Source: Planctomycetota bacterium (GTDB lineage: Bacteria; Planctomycetota; JACOTG01). Taken from it: a DNA stretch of 64,000 bases. Location: contig JACOTG010000201.1 in assembly GCA_016178505.1 (NCBI GenBank), positions 2,413 to 66,412 on the forward strand. Direction: 5' to 3'. Below, one piece after another: positions 49,143 to 59,999 of this stretch (positions are counted from its first letter, which is position 1; the number at the start of each line of letters is the position of its first letter). Below the pieces are notes generated by a model. The model had not been told where the DNA came from. It did not search any database and was given only the letters and a program-made list of their open reading frames with translations. Both the position numbers and the translations under genes were made by a program.

Positions 49143-50252
49143 TCAACTCGCCGGCGCGACCAGCGCGGCGCAACACGCCGTCATCGCCGCGTCGACGGTC
49201 ACGAAGTCGAGGCAAACCGCGCGTGGACACGCGCGCCTCCGGCACGGGCTGCAGGGAACGTTCGCGCTGACCGCCGAACTGCCCGGCAGTCGCGGGCCGT
49301 AGACGTCGGGATCCTTCGGGCCAAAGAGAATGACGACCCGGGTCCCGGCCGCTTCTGCGAGGTGCAGCGGTCCGGTGTCGCCGCCGACCACGAGGTCGGC
49401 CTCACCGAGGATCGCAGCCAACTCGACGAGCGCCTCGGCTCTCGGCGCCAGCCACGACTCTTCGCGCATGTGACGCCGGACGGACTCGGCGAGGGCGCGC
49501 TCGCCGGGGCCGTACGTGACGACGATCGTCGCGTCGTGCTCGCGCCGGAGCCGATCGCCGAGCTCCGCGAGCCGCTCGACTCCCCAGCGCTTGAAAGCCC
49601 CGTACGCCGACGTGCTCGGATGGATCACGATGCGCGGGCCGGCGCCGGGGAGCGCTCCCCAAAAGGCGCGGGCGGCGCCGATCGCCGCATCGGGGACGTC
49701 GAGGTGCAAGTCGAGCGTCGCGGGCGGCGCGACCCCGAGCGGCGCCAGCAGCGAGAGGTCCTTGTCCATCCGGTGGCGAATGCCGGGCGGGACGATCACC
49801 CGATCCGTTTGAAAGCGACTGTTTCCCTCGCGACCGCTGCGGGAAGCGAATCCGATTCGCCGGGGCGCGGCCGCCGCGACGACCGCGAGCGCGCTCTTGG
49901 CATTCGATTGAAAGTCGAGCGTGACGTCGAATCGGCGGCGCCGGAGCGAACGGTAGAAGCGAAACATCTCGACGAGCGTCGGCACGAATCGAATCGGCGA
50001 GCGAAGTCCGGCGACGAATCGACGCCGCGGAAAAACGATTCGGTCATCCACTTCCAGAACGCGATCCACGATTGCCGCGGCGCGATCTTCGGTGAGCCAG
50101 GTCAAGTGGGCATCGGGGTAGGCTCGACGGAGCGCGCGGACCGCCGGCAACGCGAACAGCACGTCGCCGATCGCGCTGAGCCGGATCACGAGGATTCGCG
50201 GACCCGACCGAGCGGCCGGATTGCCGGTGGAGCGAGCATCGAGCGAGATCAC
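49143..50252 (-). CDS. glycosyltransferase family 9 (ADP-heptose:LPS heptosyltransferase-like)
   Basis: RILVIRLSAIGDVLFALPAVRALRRAYPDAHLTWL N-terminus and C-terminal GGDTGPLHLAEAAGTRVVILFGP, both diagnostic for GT9. Start set at GTG (residue 40 of the ORF). Confidence 0.65.
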   Translation of the reverse strand: MISLDARSTGNPAARSGPRILVIRLSAIGDVLFALPAVRALRRAYPDAHLTWLTEDRAAAIVDRVLEVDDRIVFPRRRFVAGLRSPIRFVPTLVEMFRFYRSLRRRRFDVTLDFQSNAKSALAVVAAAAPRRIGFASRSGREGNSRFQTDRVIVPPGIRHRMDKDLSLLAPLGVAPPATLDLHLDVPDAAIGAARAFWGALPGAGPRIVIHPSTSAYGAFKRWGVERLAELGDRLRREHDATIVVTYGPGERALAESVRRHMREESWLAPRAEALVELAAILGEADLVVGGDTGPLHLAEAAGTRVVILFGPKDPDVYGPRLPGSSAVSANVPCSPCRRRACPRAVCLDFVTVDAAMTACCAALVAPAS

Positions 50253-50419
50253 GAGGACGGGATTATATGAAAGAAGCCGCGCCGGGATGTTCGAGTGCCG
50301 ATTCTGCGGTCGAAGGTCGCCGATCCGGGGCAGCGGCGTCTTGCTGCGCTCCGGACGTCGGTGCGACAATCGCGCGCCGCACGGCTGGAGGATTTCGAAT
50401 CTATTCGGAGCGGGTGTTC

Positions 50420-51031
50420 ATGACGAACCCCACTCGAGGCGACGTGACGCGGCTCCTCGACTCGGCCGAGCGCGGCGACGAAACCGCGGCGACGTTGCTT
50501 CTTCCGATCGTCTACGACGAGCTTCGGCGGCTTGCTCGCAGTCGCCTCGCGCGTGAGCCGGCGGGGCAGACGCTTCAAGCAACGGCGCTCGTCCACGAGG
50601 CCTACGTGCGGCTCGTCGGCGAGGAGGGGGCACGATTCGATGGCCGGGCGCACTTCTTTGCCGCTGCGGCCCGTGCGATGCGTCGAATTCTCGTCGAGCG
50701 GGCACGTCACCACGGACGGCGGAAGCGCGGCGGCGGGCGCGATCGGCTGTCTCTTTCGGACGTGGCGCTTTCGTCGGGCGACGACGCATCGTCCGTCGAC
50801 GTCCTCGACCTCAACGAGGCGCTCGAGCGGCTCGCCCGCTACGACGAGCGAAAGTGCGACGTCGTGTCGCTGCGTTTCTTCGCCGGCCTCGATATCGACG
50901 AGATCGCGCGAGCGCTCGGCGTCTCACGGGCGACGATCAAGGCCGACTGGAGCTATGCGCGAGCATGGCTGCACCGCGAGCTGACGAAGGGCGACACGCG
51001 CTTCGACGCCGGGGCAAACGATGAGTGCTGA
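50420..51031 (+). CDS. ECF-type RNA polymerase sigma factor of the Ser/Thr-kinase-associated family (TIGR02999-like)
   Basis: DVTRLLDSAERGDETAATLLLPIVYDELRRLA N-terminus typical of this ECF group. Region 2/4 helices. Overlaps the downstream kinase gene by 11 nt. Confidence 0.75.
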   Translation: MTNPTRGDVTRLLDSAERGDETAATLLLPIVYDELRRLARSRLAREPAGQTLQATALVHEAYVRLVGEEGARFDGRAHFFAAAARAMRRILVERARHHGRRKRGGGRDRLSLSDVALSSGDDASSVDVLDLNEALERLARYDERKCDVVSLRFFAGLDIDEIARALGVSRATIKADWSYARAWLHRELTKGDTRFDAGANDEC

Positions 51032-53690
51032 GGGTGCGCGACGAGCCGAGGATCTCTTCCTCGCGGCGTTGGATGTGTCTGCGGCCGAGCGCCCCGGGTT
51101 TCTCCGCGAGCGATGCGGCGACGACGACGAGCTTCGCGTGGAAGTCGAGTCGCTTCTCGCCCATCACGTCGAGTCGACGGGATTCCTCGAGACGCCGATC
51201 GCCGAAGCGATCTCACCGCCGGTTCCCGAGCGCATCGGCGACTACGCGATTCGCGGCATGGTCGGCGAGGGGGGCATGGGCGTCGTCTATCTCGCCGAGC
51301 AGGAGAACCCACGCCGGACGGTCGCGCTGAAGATGATTCGTCCGGGTCTTGCCTCCCGAGAAACGCTTCGTCGATTCGAGCGAGAGGCCCGGCTCATCGG
51401 CCGACTCCAGCATCCCGGGATCGCGCAGATCTTCGAGGCGGGAACTGCGGATGCCGGTCTCGGCCCGCAGCCGTTCTTCGCAATGGAGCTGATCCGTGGA
51501 CGCACGCTCATCGAGCACGCCGAATCGGAGAGGCTCGGCATCCGAGAGCGACTTTCGCTCTTCGTCAGAGTGTGCGTCGCCGTGGAGCACGCGCACCGAG
51601 CGGGCGTGATCCACCGCGACCTGAAGCCGAGCAACGTCCTCGTCGATGCGACCGGTCAACCGAAGGTGATCGACTTCGGGGTGGCGCGCGCGACGGACTC
51701 GGGCGTCGAAGGGACGACGCTGCGAACGGACGTCGGCCGGCTCATGGGCACGTTGCCGTACATGAGCCCCGAGCAGTGCGCGGCGAGCCCGGAGTCGATC
51801 GATGCGCGTTCGGACGTCTATGCGCTAGGCGTGATCGGCTACGAGCTGCTCACGGGCAAGCTGCCGCTCGACGTCGGCGAACGGCCTCTCCTGGAGGCCG
51901 CTCGAATCGTTCGGGAGGACGATGCGACGCCGCTGTCGTCCTACGGCGCGATCTTCCGCGGCGACCTCGAGACGATCTTCGCGAAAGCGCTCGAGAAGGA
52001 TCGCGCCCGGCGATACGCGAGCGCCGGTGAGCTGGCTCGGGACGTCGATCGTTTTCTGAGGGACGAGCCGATCTTCGCGCGCCCCGCGAGCACCTTCTAC
52101 CACCTCGACAAGTTCGCGCGCCGAAACCGGGCTCTCGTCGCCGGCGTCGCCGCTGCTTTCGTCACGCTCGCGTCCGGAATCGTCGGAACGACGTGGCAAT
52201 GGCGTGCCTCGGTGAAAGAACGCCGGCGCGCCGAATCCGCCGAGACGCTGGCCACGAGACGTCTCGAGGAGGTGACGAAGGCAAAGGACCTGGCACAGGC
52301 ACGCGCCGACGAGTCGACGACGATGTTCGACTTCCTGCGTGACATGCTCGTGGCCGTCGATCCGAAGGCACTCGGGCGCGACGTCAAGGTCGTCGACGTC
52401 CTCGACGCCGCCTCGAAGAAGGTCGACTCGGCGGTCGCCGGGCATCCCGTGATCCAGGCAAAGCTCGATCAAGCGATCGGCGTGACGTACGACGGGTTGG
52501 GCCGGTTCGACGAGGCCGAGGCTCGCCTGCGAGCGGCGCTCGCGCTTCGACGCGGTCTCGGAACCGACGACGATCGCGACCTTCTCGCCGTGAAAAACGA
52601 TCTCGGCCAGGTGCTCACGGACAAGGGCGAACCCGGAAAAGGAGAGGAGGTGCTGCGTCCCATTCTCGCAAGACTGCTCGCTCGATACGGCGAGTCGGAC
52701 GCCCTCACGCTCGCCGCGATGAACAATCTCACGCTCGCGCTGTTTCTCCAAAAGAAGCTCGACGAGGCGGAGTCGCTGGGCCGGCGTGCGCTGGAGCTCC
52801 GTCGCCGCCATCTCGGCGACCGCGACGCGGAAACGCTCGTCTCGATGGAGACCCTTGCAGAGATCTTGCAGGCGAGCGGCAGGTTTCGCGACGCCGAGAC
52901 GCTGTTCAAGGCGGCGCTCGCAGGGCAGTACGAGGTGTCGGGCGCCGACGACCCCTACACGATCGCCGCGACGAACAACCTGTCGGCGCTTTACGAGGAC
53001 ATGGATCTTCCCGATCGCACCGAGCCCCTCATTCGCCGAGCGCTCGATGCCGCACGACGAGTGTTCGGCCCCCAGCACGTGAACACGTGCCGATCGATGC
53101 ACGGGCTCGCATTGCACCTCTACCAAAAGGGAAGCTACGCCGAAGCCGCGGATCTCGAGCGTCGTGCTCTGCCCGGTTTTCGCCTCGCTCTCGGCGACGA
53201 TCACGAGGACACCCGCTTCGCCATGCGACTCCTCGCCAGAGCGCTGCGGGCGCTGAACCAACTCGACGAGTGCGAGGAACGCTATCGCGAGGTGCTTGCG
53301 GCGTATCGTCGTGCTGAAGGGGATGACTCGCGGACGACCATCGCCGTGAAGTTCCAGCTCGCCGTCTGCCTGATGTCGGAGGGCAAATTTGCGGAGGCCA
53401 ATGGGCTCTTCTCGGAGACGTTGGAGTCAGGCCGGCACGTGCTGCCGCCCGCATCGGACGACCTCGCGCTGTACGAGCAATTCTATGGACGATGCCTGCG
53501 GTTCGAAGAGCGATTCGACGAAGCCGAGCCCCATCTGCTCGAAGGGTACCGCCGGCTGAACGAGGCGTACGGAGCGCGCCATGACCGCGTCGTCGACGCG
53601 ATCGGCGACCTTGTCAACCTGTACGAGAAGTGGGGCAAACCCGAAAAGGCAGCGGAGTATCGAGTGCTCGTGCCCGCCGAGCCGAAGTGA
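51021..53690 (+). CDS. Ser/Thr protein kinase with single TM helix and extracytoplasmic TPR domain
   Basis: GEGGMGVVYLA, HRDLKPSNVLV, DFGVA, GTLPYMSPEQ. TM LVAGVAAAFVTLASGIVG. More than 10 TPR-like repeats C-terminal. Confidence 0.8.
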   Translation: MSAEGARRAEDLFLAALDVSAAERPGFLRERCGDDDELRVEVESLLAHHVESTGFLETPIAEAISPPVPERIGDYAIRGMVGEGGMGVVYLAEQENPRRTVALKMIRPGLASRETLRRFEREARLIGRLQHPGIAQIFEAGTADAGLGPQPFFAMELIRGRTLIEHAESERLGIRERLSLFVRVCVAVEHAHRAGVIHRDLKPSNVLVDATGQPKVIDFGVARATDSGVEGTTLRTDVGRLMGTLPYMSPEQCAASPESIDARSDVYALGVIGYELLTGKLPLDVGERPLLEAARIVREDDATPLSSYGAIFRGDLETIFAKALEKDRARRYASAGELARDVDRFLRDEPIFARPASTFYHLDKFARRNRALVAGVAAAFVTLASGIVGTTWQWRASVKERRRAESAETLATRRLEEVTKAKDLAQARADESTTMFDFLRDMLVAVDPKALGRDVKVVDVLDAASKKVDSAVAGHPVIQAKLDQAIGVTYDGLGRFDEAEARLRAALALRRGLGTDDDRDLLAVKNDLGQVLTDKGEPGKGEEVLRPILARLLARYGESDALTLAAMNNLTLALFLQKKLDEAESLGRRALELRRRHLGDRDAETLVSMETLAEILQASGRFRDAETLFKAALAGQYEVSGADDPYTIAATNNLSALYEDMDLPDRTEPLIRRALDAARRVFGPQHVNTCRSMHGLALHLYQKGSYAEAADLERRALPGFRLALGDDHEDTRFAMRLLARALRALNQLDECEERYREVLAAYRRAEGDDSRTTIAVKFQLAVCLMSEGKFAEANGLFSETLESGRHVLPPASDDLALYEQFYGRCLRFEERFDEAEPHLLEGYRRLNEAYGARHDRVVDAIGDLVNLYEKWGKPEKAAEYRVLVPAEPK

Positions 53691-53698
53691 TGAAGGGG

Positions 53699-54499
53699 CT
53701 ACCGCCCGGAAGCGTTCGGCGCTTGCGGCTCTTCTGAGGACCACATCGCCGGCTTCCATTTTTGCGGATCGAGGGCCACGCGGTCCAGCGCATCGAGGAT
53801 TTGCTGCGGCTTCGCCAGCGCGAGGATCCTCGACCAACGTCCGATCGCGCCGTTGCCGAGGAGGATCACGCCGGCGTGCTGCGTCTTGTCGGCATCGACG
53901 ACCGGATCCGGATCGAACAGGCCGAGCCGGTGACGGAGTCCTTCGATGTCGCTGCGGTTTCCGGTGAGGAAGGACCAGCCCGGCCGCGCCCCGTACCGCT
54001 CGGCGTATTGCTTCAGCACTGTCGGAGTGTCTTTTTCGGGGTCGAGCGAAATCGACAAGATAAAAACGTCACGCCCGACGCGATCGCCGAGTGCGTCCTG
54101 CACTTTCGCGAGTTTGGCGGACGTCCCGGGACACGAGCCCTGACACATCGTGAACATGAAGTTGATCATGACGACCTTTCCCTTCACGAGGTCGTCGTAG
54201 AAGCGGACGGGCTTGTCGTCCTGCGTCAGGAGGGGAATGTTCGGGAGCTTTCCCGATTGGATCTCGTCGACGCTCGGCGACCGCGGCGTCTCCTCGTCGT
54301 CGAGGTCGTTCGACTCGATGTCGCCATCGAGTGCCACCTCGGTCCCACTCGTCGTCGAGTCGACTTGGGCAAGCGAATCGGGACGACCTTTCCGAGCGCT
54401 CGACCCCGAACACGCAGCGAGGCAGACCACGCACGACGCGAGCACTGCGCGTATGCCCGCTCGCGCCGTAGCCCACTCTTTCATCGATTCGATCTTCAT
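53699..54499 (-). CDS. SCO1/SenC-family copper chaperone lipoprotein (thioredoxin fold)
   Basis: Lipobox LAAC. CxxxC motif MCQGSCP with downstream conserved His region, typical of SCO1. Confidence 0.65.
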   Translation of the reverse strand: MKIESMKEWATARAGIRAVLASCVVCLAACSGSSARKGRPDSLAQVDSTTSGTEVALDGDIESNDLDDEETPRSPSVDEIQSGKLPNIPLLTQDDKPVRFYDDLVKGKVVMINFMFTMCQGSCPGTSAKLAKVQDALGDRVGRDVFILSISLDPEKDTPTVLKQYAERYGARPGWSFLTGNRSDIEGLRHRLGLFDPDPVVDADKTQHAGVILLGNGAIGRWSRILALAKPQQILDALDRVALDPQKWKPAMWSSEEPQAPNASGR

Positions 54500-54536
54500 C
54501 TACCTTCTCCGATCCCGGCCCGAGCTCGAATCTCGA

Positions 54537-56126
54537 TCACAGAATCGTGTCGAACCGGCCCATCATCGCCACGTCCTCGTGCTCGATGTTGTGGCAGTGG
54601 AACACGTACTGGCCGGCGAACTGACGGAACTCGATGTAGATCCGAACTTCCTCGCTCGGGTTGAGGACGACCGTGTCCTTTCGCCCCTGTTCCCAAGCCG
54701 GGGGGATGCGTCCGTTTCGAGTCAGGATCCGGTGCGACTCGAGGTGGATGTGGATCGGGTGGAACCACCCTCCACCTCCGTTCTTGAGCGTCCAGATCTC
54801 CGGAACGCCGAGGCGCGGCCTCGCCAGCACGCGGTTCGGATCGAAGAACTCTCCGTTGACGACCCAACCTCCGTGGCTTCGCGCGAACTCGAAACGCCGC
54901 TGGACGGTGACGGCGCCGGGGTTGATCGGAGGGAGCTCACGCAGGTTGTTCGGCACCTGGCTCGGATCGGCCGCGGGTCCGTCGACGATGAACTTAAGGA
55001 CTTGCGTCCCGTGGGACACGACTCGATCCGGACCCCGGCCGCTCGTTTGCTGCAATCGGTTCTCGAGGAAGATCGCGGTGCCCGTCGGAATGCCGTTGAA
55101 GTCGAGGACGACGTCGATGCGCTCGGCCGGCGCGATCCGGATGCTCGTGCGCGTGATCGGGTGCGGCAGCAGGTTGTCGTCCGCGCCGATTTGCACGAAG
55201 GATCGACCGTTGCTCAAGAAGAACTCGAAGAAGCGCGCGTTCGAGCCGTTGAGGAATCGGAAGCGGTACTTGCGCTGCTTGACGCTGAAGAACGGCTGAA
55301 TGGCGCCGTTGACGCAGAACTTGTCGCCGAGGAAACCGTTGTGGCTGAAGGAGTCGTAGACGAGCTCCCCGTTGCCCGCGAACAGCTTGTCTTGGACGAC
55401 CATCGGCACGTCGAAGTCTCCGCTCGGGAGACGGAGCGCATTTGGATTCGGGTCGTTTTCGTTGCCCGAATCCACGTCGTCGAACATGAGGTGGAAGCCG
55501 GCGAGCCCTCGGTAGACGTTCTGCGCCGTGAAGTCCACGAGGTGGTCGTGGTACCAGAGCGTCGATTCGCCTTCCCTCGGATCGTTGTCGGGGTTGGAGT
55601 TCGGCCAGCAGTAGTCGTATGACTCGCCCGGGCGGAAGAACAGCGTGGGAATTCCGTCGGACAGGTCCTCCTGGAATCCACCGTGTCGATGGACCGTGGT
55701 GTTCGGAACGCCGAATGAACGCGGCGCCGTCGGCAGATCGTTCACGAATCGAGCGACCGCCGGAACGTTCACGCGGCCGATGAAGGTCGGTCCCGGGGTG
55801 AGCGGCGCGTTCGGAGCGTTCACGTCTTGATATCCCCACACGGTGGCGGGGGGTAGATCCGGATGGAAGCTATGCAGTCCTTCCTTCTCGTGGATCTCGT
55901 AGAAGACGGTGCCGCCCGGCGTCGCACACCGGGTCGAGAATGCAGCGACCGGCTGAACGGTTGCCGGCAGTGGGAGCGATCGCAGAAAGGGTGTAGTCGC
56001 CGGGCTGCCGCCGTTGCCTCCGCCGGGAAGTCGGAGCAAGTTTCGGCCGAGCGCCTGTTCGAGCGGCAACATCGCCGATCCACCCGCGAGCAGACCCATC
56101 TTCAGCAGATCCCGTCTCGTCAGCAT
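54537..56126 (-). CDS. multicopper oxidase (Tat-secreted; CueO/bilirubin-oxidase-like)
   Basis: Tat signal MLTRRDLLKMGLLAGGSAMLP. Copper-binding motifs HDH, HPIHIHL, HCHNIEHED. Start set to the Met of the Tat signal. Confidence 0.75.
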   Translation of the reverse strand: MLTRRDLLKMGLLAGGSAMLPLEQALGRNLLRLPGGGNGGSPATTPFLRSLPLPATVQPVAAFSTRCATPGGTVFYEIHEKEGLHSFHPDLPPATVWGYQDVNAPNAPLTPGPTFIGRVNVPAVARFVNDLPTAPRSFGVPNTTVHRHGGFQEDLSDGIPTLFFRPGESYDYCWPNSNPDNDPREGESTLWYHDHLVDFTAQNVYRGLAGFHLMFDDVDSGNENDPNPNALRLPSGDFDVPMVVQDKLFAGNGELVYDSFSHNGFLGDKFCVNGAIQPFFSVKQRKYRFRFLNGSNARFFEFFLSNGRSFVQIGADDNLLPHPITRTSIRIAPAERIDVVLDFNGIPTGTAIFLENRLQQTSGRGPDRVVSHGTQVLKFIVDGPAADPSQVPNNLRELPPINPGAVTVQRRFEFARSHGGWVVNGEFFDPNRVLARPRLGVPEIWTLKNGGGGWFHPIHIHLESHRILTRNGRIPPAWEQGRKDTVVLNPSEEVRIYIEFRQFAGQYVFHCHNIEHEDVAMMGRFDTIL

Positions 56127-56436
56127 GATCCACTCTCCTGTTTCTCGCATGCGAATCCGCGATCGTGTCGAGTTCCGCCTGACTCGATCGCTGTTCGCAT
56201 CGATGCCAGTACCATCCCCGTCACTGCGGACGACGCCAGTCGTCGAATTCAGAGCAGAGAAAAGGCGACTGCCGAGGGATGTGGCCGAAGTTCCACTCGA
56301 GTGCCCCTCTGTGCTCCCCAAGAACGTCACGCCTGTCATCGCACCCCGTATGTCGCGTGACAGTGCTGTGCATGATGTCGCAGCGATGGCATCGGCGCAA
56401 TAGTCAGCCTCGATTTTCCCTCGTCAACGGCCGACA

Positions 56437-57420
56437 TTGACGCTCGAGCAACGAGGTCTTAAGATCGCCGCGACCTTGTTTGCAAATGCAGGAGACGCGT
56501 TCGTGACCCTCGCCAACTCGGCCGTTGTCCCCGGCCGTTTCCGAATCGTGGAGGGCGATCGGGGGCGGAAACTCCTCATCGTTCGCGACGGGTATGAGGA
56601 CGCGCTCGGGCCGCTGCTCGACCTTCCCTACGAGAATTTGCTGGCGCTGCCGTCGTCAGGACCGATCCGGCGATTCCGCGGGCGTGGTGCGCCGATCTCG
56701 TTCGCGATTCCAGGCCATCCAGGCGAGCGCGCGTTCGTTCGAACTTACCGCCGCGGCGGCTTGCTCCGGCACGTCCTCCCCAATTGTTTCCATGGAAGTG
56801 CGCGACCGATGCGCGAGCTCGGCGCGGTCGAGCGAGCGTGCGAGGGTGGGGTCGCGACGGCCCGGGCGCTGGCCCTGCTCGGCGAGCGCCGATGGTTCGG
56901 GTTCTTCTCGTGGCGGATCGCGCTCGTCGAGATCCCCGGGTCAATCGACCTCGAACGGTTCTTCCGAGCGCGCAGAACGGCCCCCGGAGCGCGTCGCGTC
57001 CGATCGGTGATTCGCGAGGCGTCGCGAACGGTTGCGGCGCTGCATGCCGCCGGCCTCGACCACGCGGATCTGCACTTGAAGAACTTGTTGGTCGACGAGA
57101 GCGGCGAGGGCCCAGTCTTCGTCGTCGACCTCGACAAGGCGACACACCACGATCCGCTTCCGCTCCGCCGTGTGGAGGCGAACCTGTTGCGGCTCGATCG
57201 CTCCGTCGAAAAGCAAAGGCGTCGAGGAGTGATTCTGTCGCGCTGTGATCGCTTGCGCTTCCTGCGCGATTACGGGAAGGCCGGCTTGCCTCCGCGCGCG
57301 GCCCTTCGACGATTGCTCCGTCGTCGGGCGCGCACGCTCTGGTGGCATCGGCTCGGGTGGTCGCTCTCGGAACTCGTCCGCGGCGGCGCATCGCACGCCG
57401 GGGTGGATGTCGATGCGTGA
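56437..57420 (+). CDS. lipopolysaccharide kinase family protein (Kdo/WaaP-like)
   Basis: Catalytic loop LDHADLHLKNLLVD and FVVDLDKA typical of the Kdo / LPS core kinase family. TTG start as in the ORF track. Confidence 0.55.
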   Translation: MTLEQRGLKIAATLFANAGDAFVTLANSAVVPGRFRIVEGDRGRKLLIVRDGYEDALGPLLDLPYENLLALPSSGPIRRFRGRGAPISFAIPGHPGERAFVRTYRRGGLLRHVLPNCFHGSARPMRELGAVERACEGGVATARALALLGERRWFGFFSWRIALVEIPGSIDLERFFRARRTAPGARRVRSVIREASRTVAALHAAGLDHADLHLKNLLVDESGEGPVFVVDLDKATHHDPLPLRRVEANLLRLDRSVEKQRRRGVILSRCDRLRFLRDYGKAGLPPRAALRRLLRRRARTLWWHRLGWSLSELVRGGASHAGVDVDA

Positions 57421-57467
57421 GTCGCTCGTCGCTTCGAGCGGGGCCGGAAGTTCGGCGGGACTCGTGC

Positions 57468-58244
57468 ATGGCTGATCGCCCACGCATCACCGCATGCATC
57501 ATCACCCTGAACGAAGAGGCCAACATCCAGGAGTGCCTCGAGAGCATCAAGTGGGTCGACGAAATCGTGGTCATCGACTCCGAGAGCACGGACCGCACGG
57601 TCGAGATCTGCGACAGATACGGCGCGCGGGTGGAACGTCGGCCGTTCCCCGGTCACATCGAGCAGAAGAACCATGCCGTGCGTTCCGCCACGAGCCCGTG
57701 GGTACTGTGCATCGATGCCGACGAGCGGCTATCGCCCGCTCTGTCGACGGAGATCCAACGCGAGCTGGAGACGAACGGTGATACGCTCGACGGATACTAC
57801 ATGCCCCGCCACACGTTCTATCTCGGTCGATGGATCGACCACGGTGGATGGTATCCGGACTATAAGCTGCGCCTCTTCAAAAAGGAGAAAGGTGCGTGGG
57901 GCGGGACCAATCCGCACGACCGGGTCGTGCTCGAAGGCGAGACGAGAGTGCTGAGAAGCGATCTCTTGCACTTCACGTACCGTGACATCTCGCACCACGT
58001 GCGCACGATCAACTCGTTCACGACGATCATGGCCGAAGAGCGACACCGGCAAGGTCGGCGCTTTGGTCTGCCGGTTCTGGTGCTGAAACCGTTCTTCAAG
58101 TTCTTCAAGATGTACGTTTGGCAGAAAGGCTTCTTGGACGGGCTCCCCGGTTTCGTGATCGCAGTCAGCGGAGCGTACTACGTGTTCCTCGCGGACGCGA
58201 AGTTGTGGGAGATCCAACGGCTCGGCGAGCGAGCGAAATCGTGA
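57468..58244 (+). CDS. glycosyltransferase family 2 (LPS core WaaE/KdtX-like)
   Basis: ITACIITLNEEANIQECLESIKWVDEIVVIDSESTDRT...CIDADERL. Highly characteristic of WaaE-like LPS core glucosyltransferases. Confidence 0.7.
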   Translation: MADRPRITACIITLNEEANIQECLESIKWVDEIVVIDSESTDRTVEICDRYGARVERRPFPGHIEQKNHAVRSATSPWVLCIDADERLSPALSTEIQRELETNGDTLDGYYMPRHTFYLGRWIDHGGWYPDYKLRLFKKEKGAWGGTNPHDRVVLEGETRVLRSDLLHFTYRDISHHVRTINSFTTIMAEERHRQGRRFGLPVLVLKPFFKFFKMYVWQKGFLDGLPGFVIAVSGAYYVFLADAKLWEIQRLGERAKS

Positions 58245-59950
58245 GCGAGGCGACGGCGATGGTCGACGTTCCGATCGACATCGAAGGGACGCGATGCCGC
58301 GCCGTCGACGTGATTCGCGATGGTCTCGCGTGGCGCGTCGACGCCGATTGGCGCGACGTCGTCGTCCGCGATGTCATCGACCGGCTGCCGGCAATTCGCG
58401 AGGGCGCCGCGCTGGGCACCGTCGTCAAGCAGAACCTCATGCGCACCGTTTATCGCATCGCGGTGGAGGGTGCGCCCGGTCGTTGCGTCTATCTCAAAGT
58501 TCATCGCGTTCCGACTTTGATCGAGAAGCTGAAGTCGCTCGTCCGTGCGAGCCGCGCGGAAACCGAATGGCGGATGATGACGATCTTCCGCGAGTCGGGG
58601 CTTCCGACCGCACGCCCGCTTGCGGTTGCCGAGCGCCGCGCAGGAGCCGTGCTTCGCGACGCGTACTTCGTGACGGAGGGGATCGCCGACGCGACCGATC
58701 TGGTGCCGTACTTGAATCGCGCATTCCCCGTGCGATTGCGCGGTGGCGTGCGCGGGGCAAAGCGCGCTTTGCTCGCCCGGCTGGCTCGTCTCGTTCGTTC
58801 GATGCACGAGCGCGGGATCTACTACAGCGATCTCCACAGCGGGAACATCCTCGTCACCGGCGATCCGCCGGACGAGGCCCGCATCCACTTCATCGATCTC
58901 CACACGGGCCATCGTGTCTCGAAGCTCGGCGTCAGGAGGCGCCTTCGGAATCTGGCGCGGTTGAGCCACTCGCTGCTCGAGGCGACGACTCGGACCGACC
59001 GACTGCGATTCTTCCTCGATTACGCGGCCGGCGATGCGGTCCTCGGACCGGCGCTGCGTTCGGCATTTCGGCGATTGGAGGCCCGTGTGGCGCGGCTCGA
59101 GCGGCGCCGGCTGCGAAGCCGTGCGCTGCGCTGCGTCATGGAGAGCAGTCGATTCACGCGGCTGCGCAGTGACGGACTTCGCGGGTTCGCCCAGCGACGT
59201 TTTTCTGCTGGGGTTTGGCGCGAGGTGATCACCGGACATGCTCGGGCGCTTCGAGGAGACGTTGGCAGGAAGTTCAAGGACGGCCGCAGCACTCGCGTGA
59301 CGGGATTCGAAACGTCCGCGGGCGAATGTGTGTGCGTCAAGGAATACCGATGCCCGTCGCCGCTGGATCGACTGAAGCGCGCGCTCGGGTATCGAAAGGC
59401 ATTGCGTTCATGGCGCGCGGGAAACGCGCTTCTCGTCCGCGGAATCGAGGTCGCCGAGCCGCTCGCGTTCCTGCGGGCGGCGGGTCCCGGCGGCGCGGAT
59501 TTGCTCGTCATGCGCGACGTGTCTGATCTCTCGCGACTCGATCATTTCGTTTTCGAGCGCATGGCGGGGACGAGGAATCGAGAGCGGCGCCGGCTGGAAC
59601 GCGAGATGGCGACCTTCGTCGCCGACCTGCATCGTCGCGGCGCTTACCACAATGATCTGAAGGCGTGCAACGTGCTCGTCGCCGGAACCGACGCAGCGCG
59701 GAGGTTCCTGCTGATCGATTTCGACGGCGCGCGCACCGTGCGCGGAGGGGTGAGCGTGCGCCGGCGCATCAAGAACCTCGCGCAGCTGTCGGCGAGCATT
59801 CCGACGTTCGTGTCGCTATCGGAGCGGTTTCGGTTCCTTCGCGACTACTCGCAGGGCCGAATGTCGCGAGCCGAGCGGCGGCGGTACTACGTGGGTGTGA
59901 TTCGCGCGTGCCGGCGCAAGACGACCGTCGGAGAGAGGCCGATCGAGTGA
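58243..59950 (+). CDS. tandem two-domain lipopolysaccharide-kinase-like protein (two Kdo/WaaP-type kinase domains)
   Basis: First domain YYSDLHSGNILV...FIDLHTG. Second domain AYHNDLKACNVLVAG...LIDFDGAR. GTGA overlap with the upstream GT2 stop. Confidence 0.55.
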
Positions 59951-59999
59951 TCGAGGTCTTGCGAAAGATCGACGTGGCGAAGCGGTGGATCGAGGTCAC

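Noticed and set aside
48465-50270. 601-aa + ORF
   Set aside because: Antisense to ydbH-like and GT9 genes.
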